In this document: positions 1 through 7,997 of the stretch, one piece after another
How the letters are laid out: every line of letters begins with the position of its first letter
Numbering within the stretch: the stretch's first letter is position 1
Assembly: GCA_018714045.1 (NCBI GenBank)
Contig: DVNX01000114.1
Coordinates: forward strand, 1-52,927
DNA: 52,927 nucleotides
DNA from: Candidatus Ornithoclostridium faecavium
GTDB taxonomy: Bacteria > Bacillota > Clostridia > Christensenellales > UBA3700
Direction of reading: 5' to 3'
Notes under the pieces: model-generated
Databases searched by the model: none
The model's input: only the letters and a program-made list of their open reading frames with translations
Told to the model about the DNA's origin: nothing
Made by a program: the position numbers and the translations under genes

Positions 1-111
1 ATACAAGGCAAATGCCGCAGGTAATATTAAACATATTATCAAGGCATTTAACGCAGTAGCTACGTAAATTTGCCGCTTTAAACCTTGTTCGTATTATTCT
101 GGTCTGGTATA
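1..111. mobile_element. Partial TA-bounded inverted-repeat element (Clostridiales-1-like motif / MITE): core and one terminal arm
   Basis: 74-111 is the exact reverse complement of 52890-52927 (38 bp). The core AAGGCAAATGCCGCAGG...CAAGGCATTTAACGCAG forms a hairpin (10-16 with 43-49, 22-27 with 33-38) and resembles the Clostridiales-1 motif as I recall it. The element ends in GGTATA. Confidence 0.6.
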
Positions 112-228
112 GCTCTTTTTTGTTTTATTAAGTGAGTTATTCTTTATCGATATTTTGCAGAACGAACACATTATTTCGTCGTCTTTTATGTAATGATGAA
201 GACATTTCGGACATAATTTAAAAGCCAT
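94..228 (-). pseudogene. Small CxxC..CxxC zinc-ribbon protein, probably truncated by the repeat element
   Basis: Manual translation MAFKLCPKCLHHYIKDDEIMCSFCKISIKNNSLNKTKKSYTRPE*, with a GGGGG RBS-like run upstream. The last codons and the stop lie inside the element. Confidence 0.55.
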
Positions 229-257
229 TTTTTTACCCCCGTAATATTTAATTTTTT

Positions 258-596
258 CTATCTGTATATTTTTATAAAAATTTCATTCAACTTTTTTATA
301 ATCTCGTCTTTCTCTTCTTCAGACTTATCTTGTGAAGCGCGAACACAACTGATAACAAAGTCTTTTTCTTCCAAACTCAGCTTTTTTCCGTTAAGATAAA
401 ACCCTTTTCCGGTTTTAACGATCGGATAGCCTGACTTTATTAAGAATTTAATATTCCGTCCCACTGTTTTTCTGTCGCAAGGCAACACGTCCGATATTAT
501 ACGGGCAATCTCCGTTTGTCTCAACGGATGATTTTTATCGCTTTCGTTTTCCAATATCTTCAGAATTAACAGAATCAGTTGTTTTTTATCCTTCAT
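258..596 (-). CDS. Winged-HTH protein resembling the N-terminus of WYL regulators, with no WYL domain
   Basis: ILKILENESDKNHPL...DRKTVGRNIKFL...GFYL pattern, 112 aa. Confidence 0.7.
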   Translation of the reverse strand: MKDKKQLILLILKILENESDKNHPLRQTEIARIISDVLPCDRKTVGRNIKFLIKSGYPIVKTGKGFYLNGKKLSLEEKDFVISCVRASQDKSEEEKDEIIKKLNEIFIKIYR

Positions 597-832
597 AAAT
601 ATACCTATATTTATATTATTTCATATCAGTTGTACCAAAAACCGCCCTTTAATTAAATCATATATTTTTTTAAAATAATTTTTAATAAAAGAAGTAACTT
701 AACAAAACTTATATTATAATTTAAGGAAACGTTAGTTAACTTTACTCTTGGTTAAAGTTTTTCTTTACTATTTTACTTGCAAAATCAGTATTTTTATGAT
801 AATATTGCTTTTGCAATTAAATATTGTTGCGT

Positions 833-923
833 GCAGAGATGGCTGAGCTGGCCTAAGGCGCACGATTGGAAATCGTGTGTACGGTAAAACGTACCGAGGG
901 TTCGAATCCCTCTCTCTGCGCCA
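833..923 (+). tRNA. tRNA-Ser(GGA)
   Basis: Acceptor stem GCAGAGA/TCTCTGC, G discriminator and CCA. Anticodon arm CACGA-TTGGAAA-TCGTG, long variable arm, T-arm GAGGGTTCGAATCCCTC. Confidence 0.97.
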
Positions 924-932
924 AGAGCAAAT

Positions 933-968
933 AATACGAACCCTGAAAATTCAAGGTTCGTATTTTTC
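933..968 (+). terminator. Intrinsic terminator after the tRNA
   Basis: AATACGAACC...GGTTCGTATT stem followed by a T run. Confidence 0.7.
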
Positions 969-1461
969 TTAGCAAATGATTATTTCGGGATTTTCTTAAA
1001 TATCCTTTAAAATTTATTGTAAAAAATTTGAAGCCTTATGTATGATAAACACCTCTCGATAGATTATATAATGAGATATCATCGTTCAACAGACTCAACA
1101 ATATGTTCTTTCGACATAGAGGCATCGTACCGCATCTCGTTGTTTATTACAATCCAAAAGCAAATCTTTTAGTTCGCTTGGATGTGCTTTATTTACCGTA
1201 AACATTACGTTAAATATTTATGATATTGTTCTAACATCAAATGCATAATTATTAGACGTTGTACCGCATCATTTTTTAACGCCATAATCCATGAATAAAT
1301 GTTTCAGCTGTATTTATAAATTTTATAGCAATTAATAAATCATATACGGGTTTATTATACATATTAACATTACAAAAAAATAACCTGATCTGATTTTGAT
1401 TAGTCTTTTTGCAAATTGTGAGCTTTACTTATTAAACTCTTTATTGAATATTAGCCGTTCA

Positions 1462-2559
1462 CTATAACTGAGATATCAATAATTTACTAATACACTCTCG
1501 AATTTTCTTTTCAATTATTCTTGCATTACTCAAATATTTTGCAAAGGATAGCACCTTATTTAACAAATCATTTTTCATAATAAAATCTTTTTCTTCCGTC
1601 GTAAACTCTAACATAATTTTATTATAACAACTTGATATTATTTGCTTTCGAGTCTCCAAAGTAAAGTCTTCGAATTTTATTATAGCATCAAATCTCGAAA
1701 ATATGGGCATTCCTAAGTTTTTTATTATATCATCTTCGTTCTTATAGTTTGAAGTACAAATAATAATTGATTTGTTTAATTCAACATTATAGTTCGTGTC
1801 AGAATAATATCCTTCGTCAAACATTTCATAAAATGCATTATGGAAAGCATTATATGCTTTATCAAATTCATCTAATAAGATAATATTGCTTTCTCTATCT
1901 AATAAATCCTTAGCAAAACACTTTTCACTATGAGTTCCACCATAAATGTAATTGAAAGATTGATTATTTTGCAGCATAGAGAATTGTTTTCTAAACAAAT
2001 TACAGCCTGTAAGCTTGCTTAAAAACTTTGCAGTCTCAGTTTTACCAATGCCACTATCCCCATAAAACAGTAACACCAAAGGTTTAATATTTGTATTCTT
2101 TAACATAGAATAAAGATTTGCAGCAATTTCATCACGTGCTTTATCTTGTCCAATTATATGTTGAGAATAAGTATCTCTAAACGTTTTTAGATTATCAACT
2201 GTAAACTGAGGATAATCAAATTTTTGAATTGTTACTATATCTGCAAATATTTTATTTAATTGTTTTTCAATACATGTTGGAGGATTATGAATATACAAAT
2301 TCTTTATTTTAAAATTAGATATGTAATTACAAAAATTTGTAATTACGTGTTCGTTAACACTTGCATACTCATCTGAACCAATAACAAATTCTTTAATTTC
2401 TCTTTTTATATGCTCTTTTTGATCTCCTGAAGACTTTAATGTAAATTCTCTCCTTTCAGCCTCATGCTCTGAAACAATCTCAGTTAAATTCTGATATTCG
2501 TATGGAATTAACTTGTCAAATTCGCTTTTTGGTCCGTAAAATATTATAATTTTATTCAT
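1462..2559 (-). CDS. ClpB-D2-like AAA+ ATPase, Dodola DolB-like
   Basis: IIGQDKA, Walker A GDSGIGKT, Walker B ILLDEFDK, ICTSN, SRFD. Overlaps the upstream DUF6414-like gene. Confidence 0.75.
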   Translation of the reverse strand: MNKIIIFYGPKSEFDKLIPYEYQNLTEIVSEHEAERREFTLKSSGDQKEHIKREIKEFVIGSDEYASVNEHVITNFCNYISNFKIKNLYIHNPPTCIEKQLNKIFADIVTIQKFDYPQFTVDNLKTFRDTYSQHIIGQDKARDEIAANLYSMLKNTNIKPLVLLFYGDSGIGKTETAKFLSKLTGCNLFRKQFSMLQNNQSFNYIYGGTHSEKCFAKDLLDRESNIILLDEFDKAYNAFHNAFYEMFDEGYYSDTNYNVELNKSIIICTSNYKNEDDIIKNLGMPIFSRFDAIIKFEDFTLETRKQIISSCYNKIMLEFTTEEKDFIMKNDLLNKVLSFAKYLSNARIIEKKIRECISKLLISQL

Positions 2560-3292
2560 TATAAACTCCCGCTAAAATTACATCGTAAAGTTTTACGTTT
2601 TTTTCAATATGCTCTTTTTGTTCAAGTATTTCCGTTGATGAAATTGTATTTTTCGAAGTATTAAAAGATAATTCATTATTTATTTCTAATTTACTTAATT
2701 CACATTCTCCAACTTCAATTGCATAATAGGTTAACTTCATTTTCATTAAATCAGATAGGCAGTAATTATTTCTAAAGCTCTTTATATTAAAACGAAAAAT
2801 AGAGATTTCCCCATCTTTTTCAAAAAGCAATTCATAATAGCCTTTTGCAACCTCCAAAACACTATTAAAGGAGTTAATGTTAAGTCCGTTTATTAAGTCG
2901 TTTTTTAGCAACATTAAATATGGTGTAAAACATTTCAAATAAGATATTGAATTTTCATAAGGATACACATAAACATCTTTAAATTCTAAAATAGGCCTTT
3001 TGTCTTTTTGTTTTAAAAAATCTGTTAAAATTGTGTTAGATATTGTAGAATTTAAAATTGTATCGCTTAAGGTTTTTGCTCCTAATCCTGCATTTACCGA
3101 TGCATTTGCCCTGAAAAAACTAAGAATTTTTGCACCAATGCTCAATTCTGACTCAAATTTTGTTTCGGCAGAACCCTCAACACCTGAAAATTTTTCCAAT
3201 GATGTAATTAAACGACCTTCATTTAATAAATCAAGAAAATCAAGTGCCGAGCTCTCATCAAAATAAATCACCTTACTAATATTGCTTGCCAT
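2552..3292 (-). CDS. DUF6414-like protein, Dodola DolA-like
   Basis: N-terminal KVIYFDESSALDFL followed by a G/A/S-rich stretch typical of DUF6414. Operonic with a ClpB-like ATPase. Confidence 0.65.
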   Translation of the reverse strand: MASNISKVIYFDESSALDFLDLLNEGRLITSLEKFSGVEGSAETKFESELSIGAKILSFFRANASVNAGLGAKTLSDTILNSTISNTILTDFLKQKDKRPILEFKDVYVYPYENSISYLKCFTPYLMLLKNDLINGLNINSFNSVLEVAKGYYELLFEKDGEISIFRFNIKSFRNNYCLSDLMKMKLTYYAIEVGECELSKLEINNELSFNTSKNTISSTEILEQKEHIEKNVKLYDVILAGVYNE

Positions 3293-3388
3293 ATAAATCC
3301 CTCGTCTCGCCTATTTTACGATTGTGTAAACTAGTGTAAATATTATACCATAAATAATAAATAAACACAAGTTTATATGTTATAAGTG

Positions 3389-3417
3389 TTTACATTTTTT
3401 ATAAAAAATGTTATAAT
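3389..3417 (+). promoter_or_regulatory. SigA promoter with a perfect 20-bp palindrome overlapping the -35 and filling the spacer (candidate operator)
   Basis: TTTACA-17-TATAAT; ACATTTTTTATAAAAAATGT at 3392-3411 is self-complementary. Confidence 0.6.
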
Positions 3418-3444
3418 AGTTCCAATATTAAGGAGTATGCTATT

Positions 3445-3645
3445 ATGAGCTTTGCAGAAAAAGTAAAATTTGTTCGTACTGAACTAAAATTATCACAAGA
3501 AGATTTAGCAAGAGAACTAGGAGTTAGTTTTGCTACTATCAACAGATGGGAAAACGGCAGTTATAATCCAAGCCGTTTAGCAAAGAAGGCGTTTGAAGAT
3601 TTTTGTGAAAAACGAACAATAAACATTTCAGAGGAGAATAACTAA
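3445..3645 (+). CDS. Xre-family HTH regulator heading the MTase operon
   Basis: LSQEDLARELGVSFATINRWENG; AAGGAG RBS. Confidence 0.9.
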   Translation: MSFAEKVKFVRTELKLSQEDLARELGVSFATINRWENGSYNPSRLAKKAFEDFCEKRTINISEENN

Positions 3646-4685
3646 TGAATTATATTGGATCCAAATATTCCTTGATTGATTTCTTGGAAACATCCATAGA
3701 TAAAACACTAAAGTTGCACAATGAAACAAAGAAACCATCCGAAATGGTATTTGCCGATTTGTTTGCGGGCACGGGTGTTGTTAGTGGTTCTTTTAAGCAG
3801 CAGGGGTATTCTATTATCGCCAATGATATTCAATATTACAGTTATGTAATTACCAAGCACATTATCGAAAATAACGGAAACCTTGATAAAGAGCGCTGTA
3901 ATCACCTTATCGAAGAACTTAATAATTTAGATGGCATTGAAGGCTTTATATACCAAAATTACTCGTTTGGCGGGACTGAAGGTCAAGAGTTTCGTCGTAT
4001 GTACTTTTCAGATTTCAATGCAAAAAAATGCGATGCCATTAGAATAGCAATTGAATCTTGGTTAAAGCAAGGTAAAATAAATGAACACGAATACTTCTTC
4101 CTACTCGGTTCGTTGCTTAATAGTATTGATAAATACGCCAATACGGCCTCTGTGTACGGCGCGTACTTAAAAACGCTAAAAAAGTCTGCATTGAAAGAAA
4201 TGGAACTAGTTGCTCTGCCGATAATGAAAGGAACCGTTGAATGTAAGGTATACAATGAAGATATAAGCGAATTGATAAATAACGTTTCGGGCGATATTTT
4301 GTATCTCGACCCGCCATATAATGCGCGTCAATATTGCACAAATTATCATTTGCTTGAAACAATAGCAAAATATGACAACCCTAAAATAAAAGGTAAAACG
4401 GGCTTGCGCGACTATACTGAACAAAAAAGTGTTTTCTGCAACAAGAGTAAAGTCGCAGACGCATTTAGTAATTTAATTAAAAATGCTAAGTTCAAATATA
4501 TCTTTTTAAGCTATAATAACGAGGGATTGATGTCATTTGAAACGATTGAAAAAATCATGAGAAAATACGGTAAGTACAAAGTTTATATGCAACAATATCG
4601 TCGTTTCAAAGCGGATAATGCAAGAGACGCTAAATCCGATTCAACGATTGAATATCTACATTGCCTTGTAAAGGAAGACATCTAA
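3645..4685 (+). CDS. m6A DNA methyltransferase, M.NlaIII/M.HpyI-like (probably CATG)
   Basis: MNYIGSK start, DLFAGTG, ANTASVYGAYLK, LYLDPPYNARQY, GKTGLR and RRFKAD all match M.NlaIII as I recall it. Confidence 0.88.
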   Translation: MNYIGSKYSLIDFLETSIDKTLKLHNETKKPSEMVFADLFAGTGVVSGSFKQQGYSIIANDIQYYSYVITKHIIENNGNLDKERCNHLIEELNNLDGIEGFIYQNYSFGGTEGQEFRRMYFSDFNAKKCDAIRIAIESWLKQGKINEHEYFFLLGSLLNSIDKYANTASVYGAYLKTLKKSALKEMELVALPIMKGTVECKVYNEDISELINNVSGDILYLDPPYNARQYCTNYHLLETIAKYDNPKIKGKTGLRDYTEQKSVFCNKSKVADAFSNLIKNAKFKYIFLSYNNEGLMSFETIEKIMRKYGKYKVYMQQYRRFKADNARDAKSDSTIEYLHCLVKEDI

Positions 4686-5473
4686 TGGGCAAGATTAACG
4701 ATTTAGACATGTCCAAATGGAAAGAGTTGACCGATGTTTGGACGGATAGCCTTTGGATTATTCCTAGCCGGGATAATAGTGGCGTACACAGCGGACATTA
4801 TCATGGGAACTTTGTTCCGCAAATACCACATCAACTATTAACAAGATATACAAAAGCGGGCGATTATGTACTTGACCCATTTTCAGGCAGTGGTACTACG
4901 CTTATCGAAGCTCAAAGAATGGGAAGAAATTCTATTGGTATAGAATTACAACCTAGCGTAGCTGCTGAAGCAATAGCAAGAATACACTCAGAACAAAAGA
5001 CCGGAATAATCGCCGATACATTTGTGGATGATAGTCGAACATTCGACACTAAAAGAATCCTTGATACGTACAAAATAGAAAATGTCCAATTTATTATCTA
5101 TCATCCGCCATATTGGGATATAATCAAATTTAGTGATGATAAAAATGATTTATCTAATTCAGAAAGTTTAGATAAGTTTTTGGGAAATTTTCGTCAAGTG
5201 GTCAAAAACACATCTACCATACTTGAGAAAGGGAGATACTGCGCTGTTGTAATCGGTGATAAATACGCAAATAGTCAGCTTGTTCCGCTTGGATTTTATT
5301 GTATGCAAGCAATGCAACAAGAAGGACTAACATTAAAAGCGACAATAGTGAAGAATTTTGAAGAAACAAAAGGAAAAGCCAATCAGAAAGCTCTTTGGCA
5401 ACAACGTGCTTTAAAGAATGGTCTGTATCTGTTTAAGCACGAGTATATTTTCGTATTCAAAAAGGAGAAGTAA
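4685..5473 (+). CDS. Second amino (N4/N6) DNA methyltransferase
   Basis: GNFVPQIP, motif I DPFSGSGTT, motif IV variant HPPY. The ATG at 4685 overlaps the upstream stop. Confidence 0.85.
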   Translation: MGKINDLDMSKWKELTDVWTDSLWIIPSRDNSGVHSGHYHGNFVPQIPHQLLTRYTKAGDYVLDPFSGSGTTLIEAQRMGRNSIGIELQPSVAAEAIARIHSEQKTGIIADTFVDDSRTFDTKRILDTYKIENVQFIIYHPPYWDIIKFSDDKNDLSNSESLDKFLGNFRQVVKNTSTILEKGRYCAVVIGDKYANSQLVPLGFYCMQAMQQEGLTLKATIVKNFEETKGKANQKALWQQRALKNGLYLFKHEYIFVFKKEK

Positions 5474-5489
5474 GCACTTCTCCTTTTTG
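5458..5489. terminator. Bidirectional terminator between the convergent M and R operons
   Basis: CAAAAAGGAGAAGT-AAGC-ACTTCTCCTTTTTG. Confidence 0.8.
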
Positions 5490-5490
5490 G

Positions 5491-6339
5491 TTATTTATGT
5501 ACTAAAACAATATAGCAATAAGTTTTGTATGTGATAATTCTACCGTCAGAATGCCTATAGTCAAATTCTAAATTTATAGGATTGTTAAAATTAACTTCTA
5601 CAAGCGAGTTTTCTATATCTTCAATCTCTAAATCAGAATCCAAATAGACAATTAAAAGGCGAGGCTCAAATCCAAATCTTTCTTCATCTTGGTATTTATA
5701 TAGACATTTTGCTACTAAATCCGGTCTCTGAATGGCTATTTCTCTATAATCTTCCCCATACTCATCAATAAAATTCTTTCCAACGCTTCTGCTAACTTTT
5801 TGATCAAAAGGTTCTCCATTAATATAAAAATCAACCCCGCGTTTATTAGTAAAAGTAGGAATTATATTATCGTTATTTTTAAAAATCAAATATTCAATAT
5901 AATCATTTCTTTGTGCATTTATATCTTTGATTCTACGGTATTTAATGGCATCGATAGCTACAGCCTCATCTTTTTCTTTTTCAGTTAACGGCCTTCTATT
6001 TATAGAGTGAACATATTGGTCAAACATCTTTGGTTTAAATGGCCAATCAAATTTGCCCAACCTCATTTCATCCCATTCATCCATCAATGCCGTTATTTTA
6101 CTACCACTGTTCCTATTATTCTCATATTTTTCTGATGCTAAAAATAAATCTCTTATAATTTGTTTGGATTTATGGTATTCCCAAGTACCCACAATAACAT
6201 TATCTAAGTCATCGGTATGCAAATTTTTCACATCTATTGTGATAGAATTAGATAATATCTCAAGATAATTACGTTTTATTCGGTTATTAGAAAAAATTTT
6301 TTTTATTTCTTCAATAGTAATACCTTTTATTAAAGACAT
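5491..6339 (-). CDS. Putative PD-(D/E)xK restriction endonuclease
   Basis: RGVDFYINGEPFDQKVS fits PD-(D/E)xK. Co-transcribed with the NlaIII-like REase and faces an otherwise unpaired MTase. Confidence 0.6.
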   Translation of the reverse strand: MSLIKGITIEEIKKIFSNNRIKRNYLEILSNSITIDVKNLHTDDLDNVIVGTWEYHKSKQIIRDLFLASEKYENNRNSGSKITALMDEWDEMRLGKFDWPFKPKMFDQYVHSINRRPLTEKEKDEAVAIDAIKYRRIKDINAQRNDYIEYLIFKNNDNIIPTFTNKRGVDFYINGEPFDQKVSRSVGKNFIDEYGEDYREIAIQRPDLVAKCLYKYQDEERFGFEPRLLIVYLDSDLEIEDIENSLVEVNFNNPINLEFDYRHSDGRIITYKTYCYIVLVHK

Positions 6340-6341
6340 AT

Positions 6342-6941
6342 TTATTTTTTCTCCTGTAAATGATTCTTAAATTCTATTGGGTCATACCAATAACAACCTT
6401 CACAAGCATTTTCTTCGTTATGGTGAGTTGCAGCGCCCTTGTAGTAAGACATCGGGTAGCCCAATTTCTTGGCATCATAACGAATTCCGGTTCTCATACA
6501 TTCCTTGCAATACTGACGTTTGGCATCATTTGCAGCTTTGCTTAAAGGTTGAAAATCTTCCAAGCGTTGATCTTCATTGCGCATCACTCGGGCCTCATTT
6601 TTCATGCCGTTTTTATGGTCAACCTCAGGATTTGACGTTCCTAATACCACACAACGGCGTGCTTTAATTGCCCTTTTAATATCTGCGCGGATATGTTGAG
6701 AATAGTCTCCGTCATTAAATCCATTGAGACGAATTCTATCTATGCCGTTCCCCGGGGTGATACTTTTATCAAATTCAATAATGTATTTCTTGGCGAGCGT
6801 GGATTCTTTTCTTGCCCAAGATGCACCGTTACCAAATTTTAAGTCGGCATATTGCCCCACAAATTCGCTTGCAGATACCCAACGACTCATTCCGTTAGCG
6901 TCCGGCTGTGCAAGTTGTATAAACAATTCCGTTTTCGTCAT
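6342..6941 (-). CDS. NlaIII/IceA1-family HNH restriction endonuclease
   Basis: TKTELFIQLAQPDANGMSRWV, GNGASW, EFDKSITPGNGIDRIRLNGFN, EVDHK, FQPLSKAAND, CEGCYWYDP. Confidence 0.88.
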   Translation of the reverse strand: MTKTELFIQLAQPDANGMSRWVSASEFVGQYADLKFGNGASWARKESTLAKKYIIEFDKSITPGNGIDRIRLNGFNDGDYSQHIRADIKRAIKARRCVVLGTSNPEVDHKNGMKNEARVMRNEDQRLEDFQPLSKAANDAKRQYCKECMRTGIRYDAKKLGYPMSYYKGAATHHNEENACEGCYWYDPIEFKNHLQEKK

Positions 6942-6957
6942 AAGTATTTCTCCTTGA

Positions 6958-7164
6958 TTAAAATGTGAAAAATTCGGAGAGGCTCACTTTCAATGCTTTT
7001 GCTAATTTTTCAATATTTACAATCGAAATATTTCGCCTGCCGCATTCAACGCTTGTAATATAAGTCCTGTCCAAACCTGCCAAATCGGCAAGTTCTTCTT
7101 GACTAATTCCCATATTATTCCTTAATTCTTTAACCCTTTTCCCGACTAAACTTTTGATATCCAT
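6958..7164 (-). CDS. R-M controller (C) protein, Xre family
   Basis: SQEELADLAGLDRTYITSVECGRRNISIVNIEKLAKAL. ATG at 7164 after GAGGAGG; lies upstream of the REase. Confidence 0.88.
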   Translation of the reverse strand: MDIKSLVGKRVKELRNNMGISQEELADLAGLDRTYITSVECGRRNISIVNIEKLAKALKVSLSEFFTF

Positions 7165-7201
7165 TATATCCTCCTCAAGCATATAGATATTATAATGAAA
7201 A

Positions 7202-7232
7202 GTGACTTTTTTCACAACGGACTATAGGTCAC
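7202..7232 (-). promoter_or_regulatory. C-box operator
   Basis: Minus strand reads GTGACCTATAGTCCGTTGTGAAAAAAGTCAC, matching the GAC-TATA-GTC / CGT-GTG architecture of C.Esp1396I-type operators. Confidence 0.75.
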
Positions 7233-7997
7233 GTTTTCGGCTGATAAAATGGCAAAAACTATGGAATGGCACCCTGACGTGCGCTTGTCTATGACAAGTG
7301 GCGTCGCTTCGCTCCGCCAGACAAGCACACGCCTACATAGCTTTAGAGGGTCGCAGTACGGAAAAGCAGTAGCGAGCGGAGATGCCCGCTGAACCGCTTT
7401 GGGCATTTCTCCGCTTTTCGCCCTCTCGCTTAATTTCCGTTTCATTGTGTACCTTATTCCGAACTGCTTATTCGCAGAAAACGTGTTTTCTTGTCCCATG
7501 GCTTTTCTTTTCCTCCGAATTTGCCTTTTCGTTTGGCATTGTCCCATAATCCTCCCGAAAGTAAACGGCGTAAAATCCTTGTTCAGATGTTCTGACTATT
7601 CAAACATTAAGGCAAGGATTTTTCTTTTTTCCGTTGACTTTCGGATAGCGATTAAAATTTATCTTTACCTCAATTCGGCTTATGCTCCTTTCCTTGCCTG
7701 CCGAAAGGCAAATATATTTCTCGGAGGTAAAGAAAATGGAAACAAAAAGAAACTGTTACGATGCACGCTCTCTATTCCGTCGCTTCGCTCCTTACGAATC
7801 CCTCTTTATGGGGGAAAAGCAAAGCTTGGAAACTTTTTAAGACAAAGCTAAGAATATTTTATTTTTGAATCAGCAATCATTATTATGTTATTAAATTAAA
7901 CCTGCTTATTGTATAATATCATCCTGTTTAGAGAATGTAAGATCATTGTTTGACTTTTTTTACAAAATATTATACTCTGCTATTGAGAATATAAGAC

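Larger units (their letters stand above)
924..7805. mobile_element. tRNA-Ser-anchored AT-rich defence island with no integrase
   Basis: Much more AT-rich than the genes from about 8 kb onward. The 11-bp direct repeat CGAATCCCTCT occurs at 903-913 (tRNA T-arm) and 7795-7805. Cargo is defence genes. Confidence 0.65.

Noticed and set aside
74-111. 36-38-bp repeat as a CRISPR repeat or anti-repeat, with ACAAGGCAAATGCCG (3-17) as a tracrRNA nexus
   Set aside because: There is no array periodicity, no second repeat within the 73 bp of flank and no cas genes. The hairpin-core inverted-repeat element explains both features better.
930-941. AATAATACGAAC shared between the post-tRNA region and the terminal repeat
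   Set aside because: It is only 12 AT-rich bp and is explained as one arm of the tRNA terminator
1127-1270. GTACCGCATC repeated at 1127 and 1261
   Set aside because: Two short copies with no further periodicity or ORF context; too weak to call
6342-6941. Missing first-zinc-finger cysteines in the NlaIII-like enzyme as evidence of inactivation
   Set aside because: The catalytic DH...N residues and the second CxxC pairs are intact, and as I recall this variation occurs within the family
7212-7851. ORFs of 111 and 150 aa at the island end
   Set aside because: No recognisable motifs or RBS, they overlap each other and the C-box, and they are likely spurious
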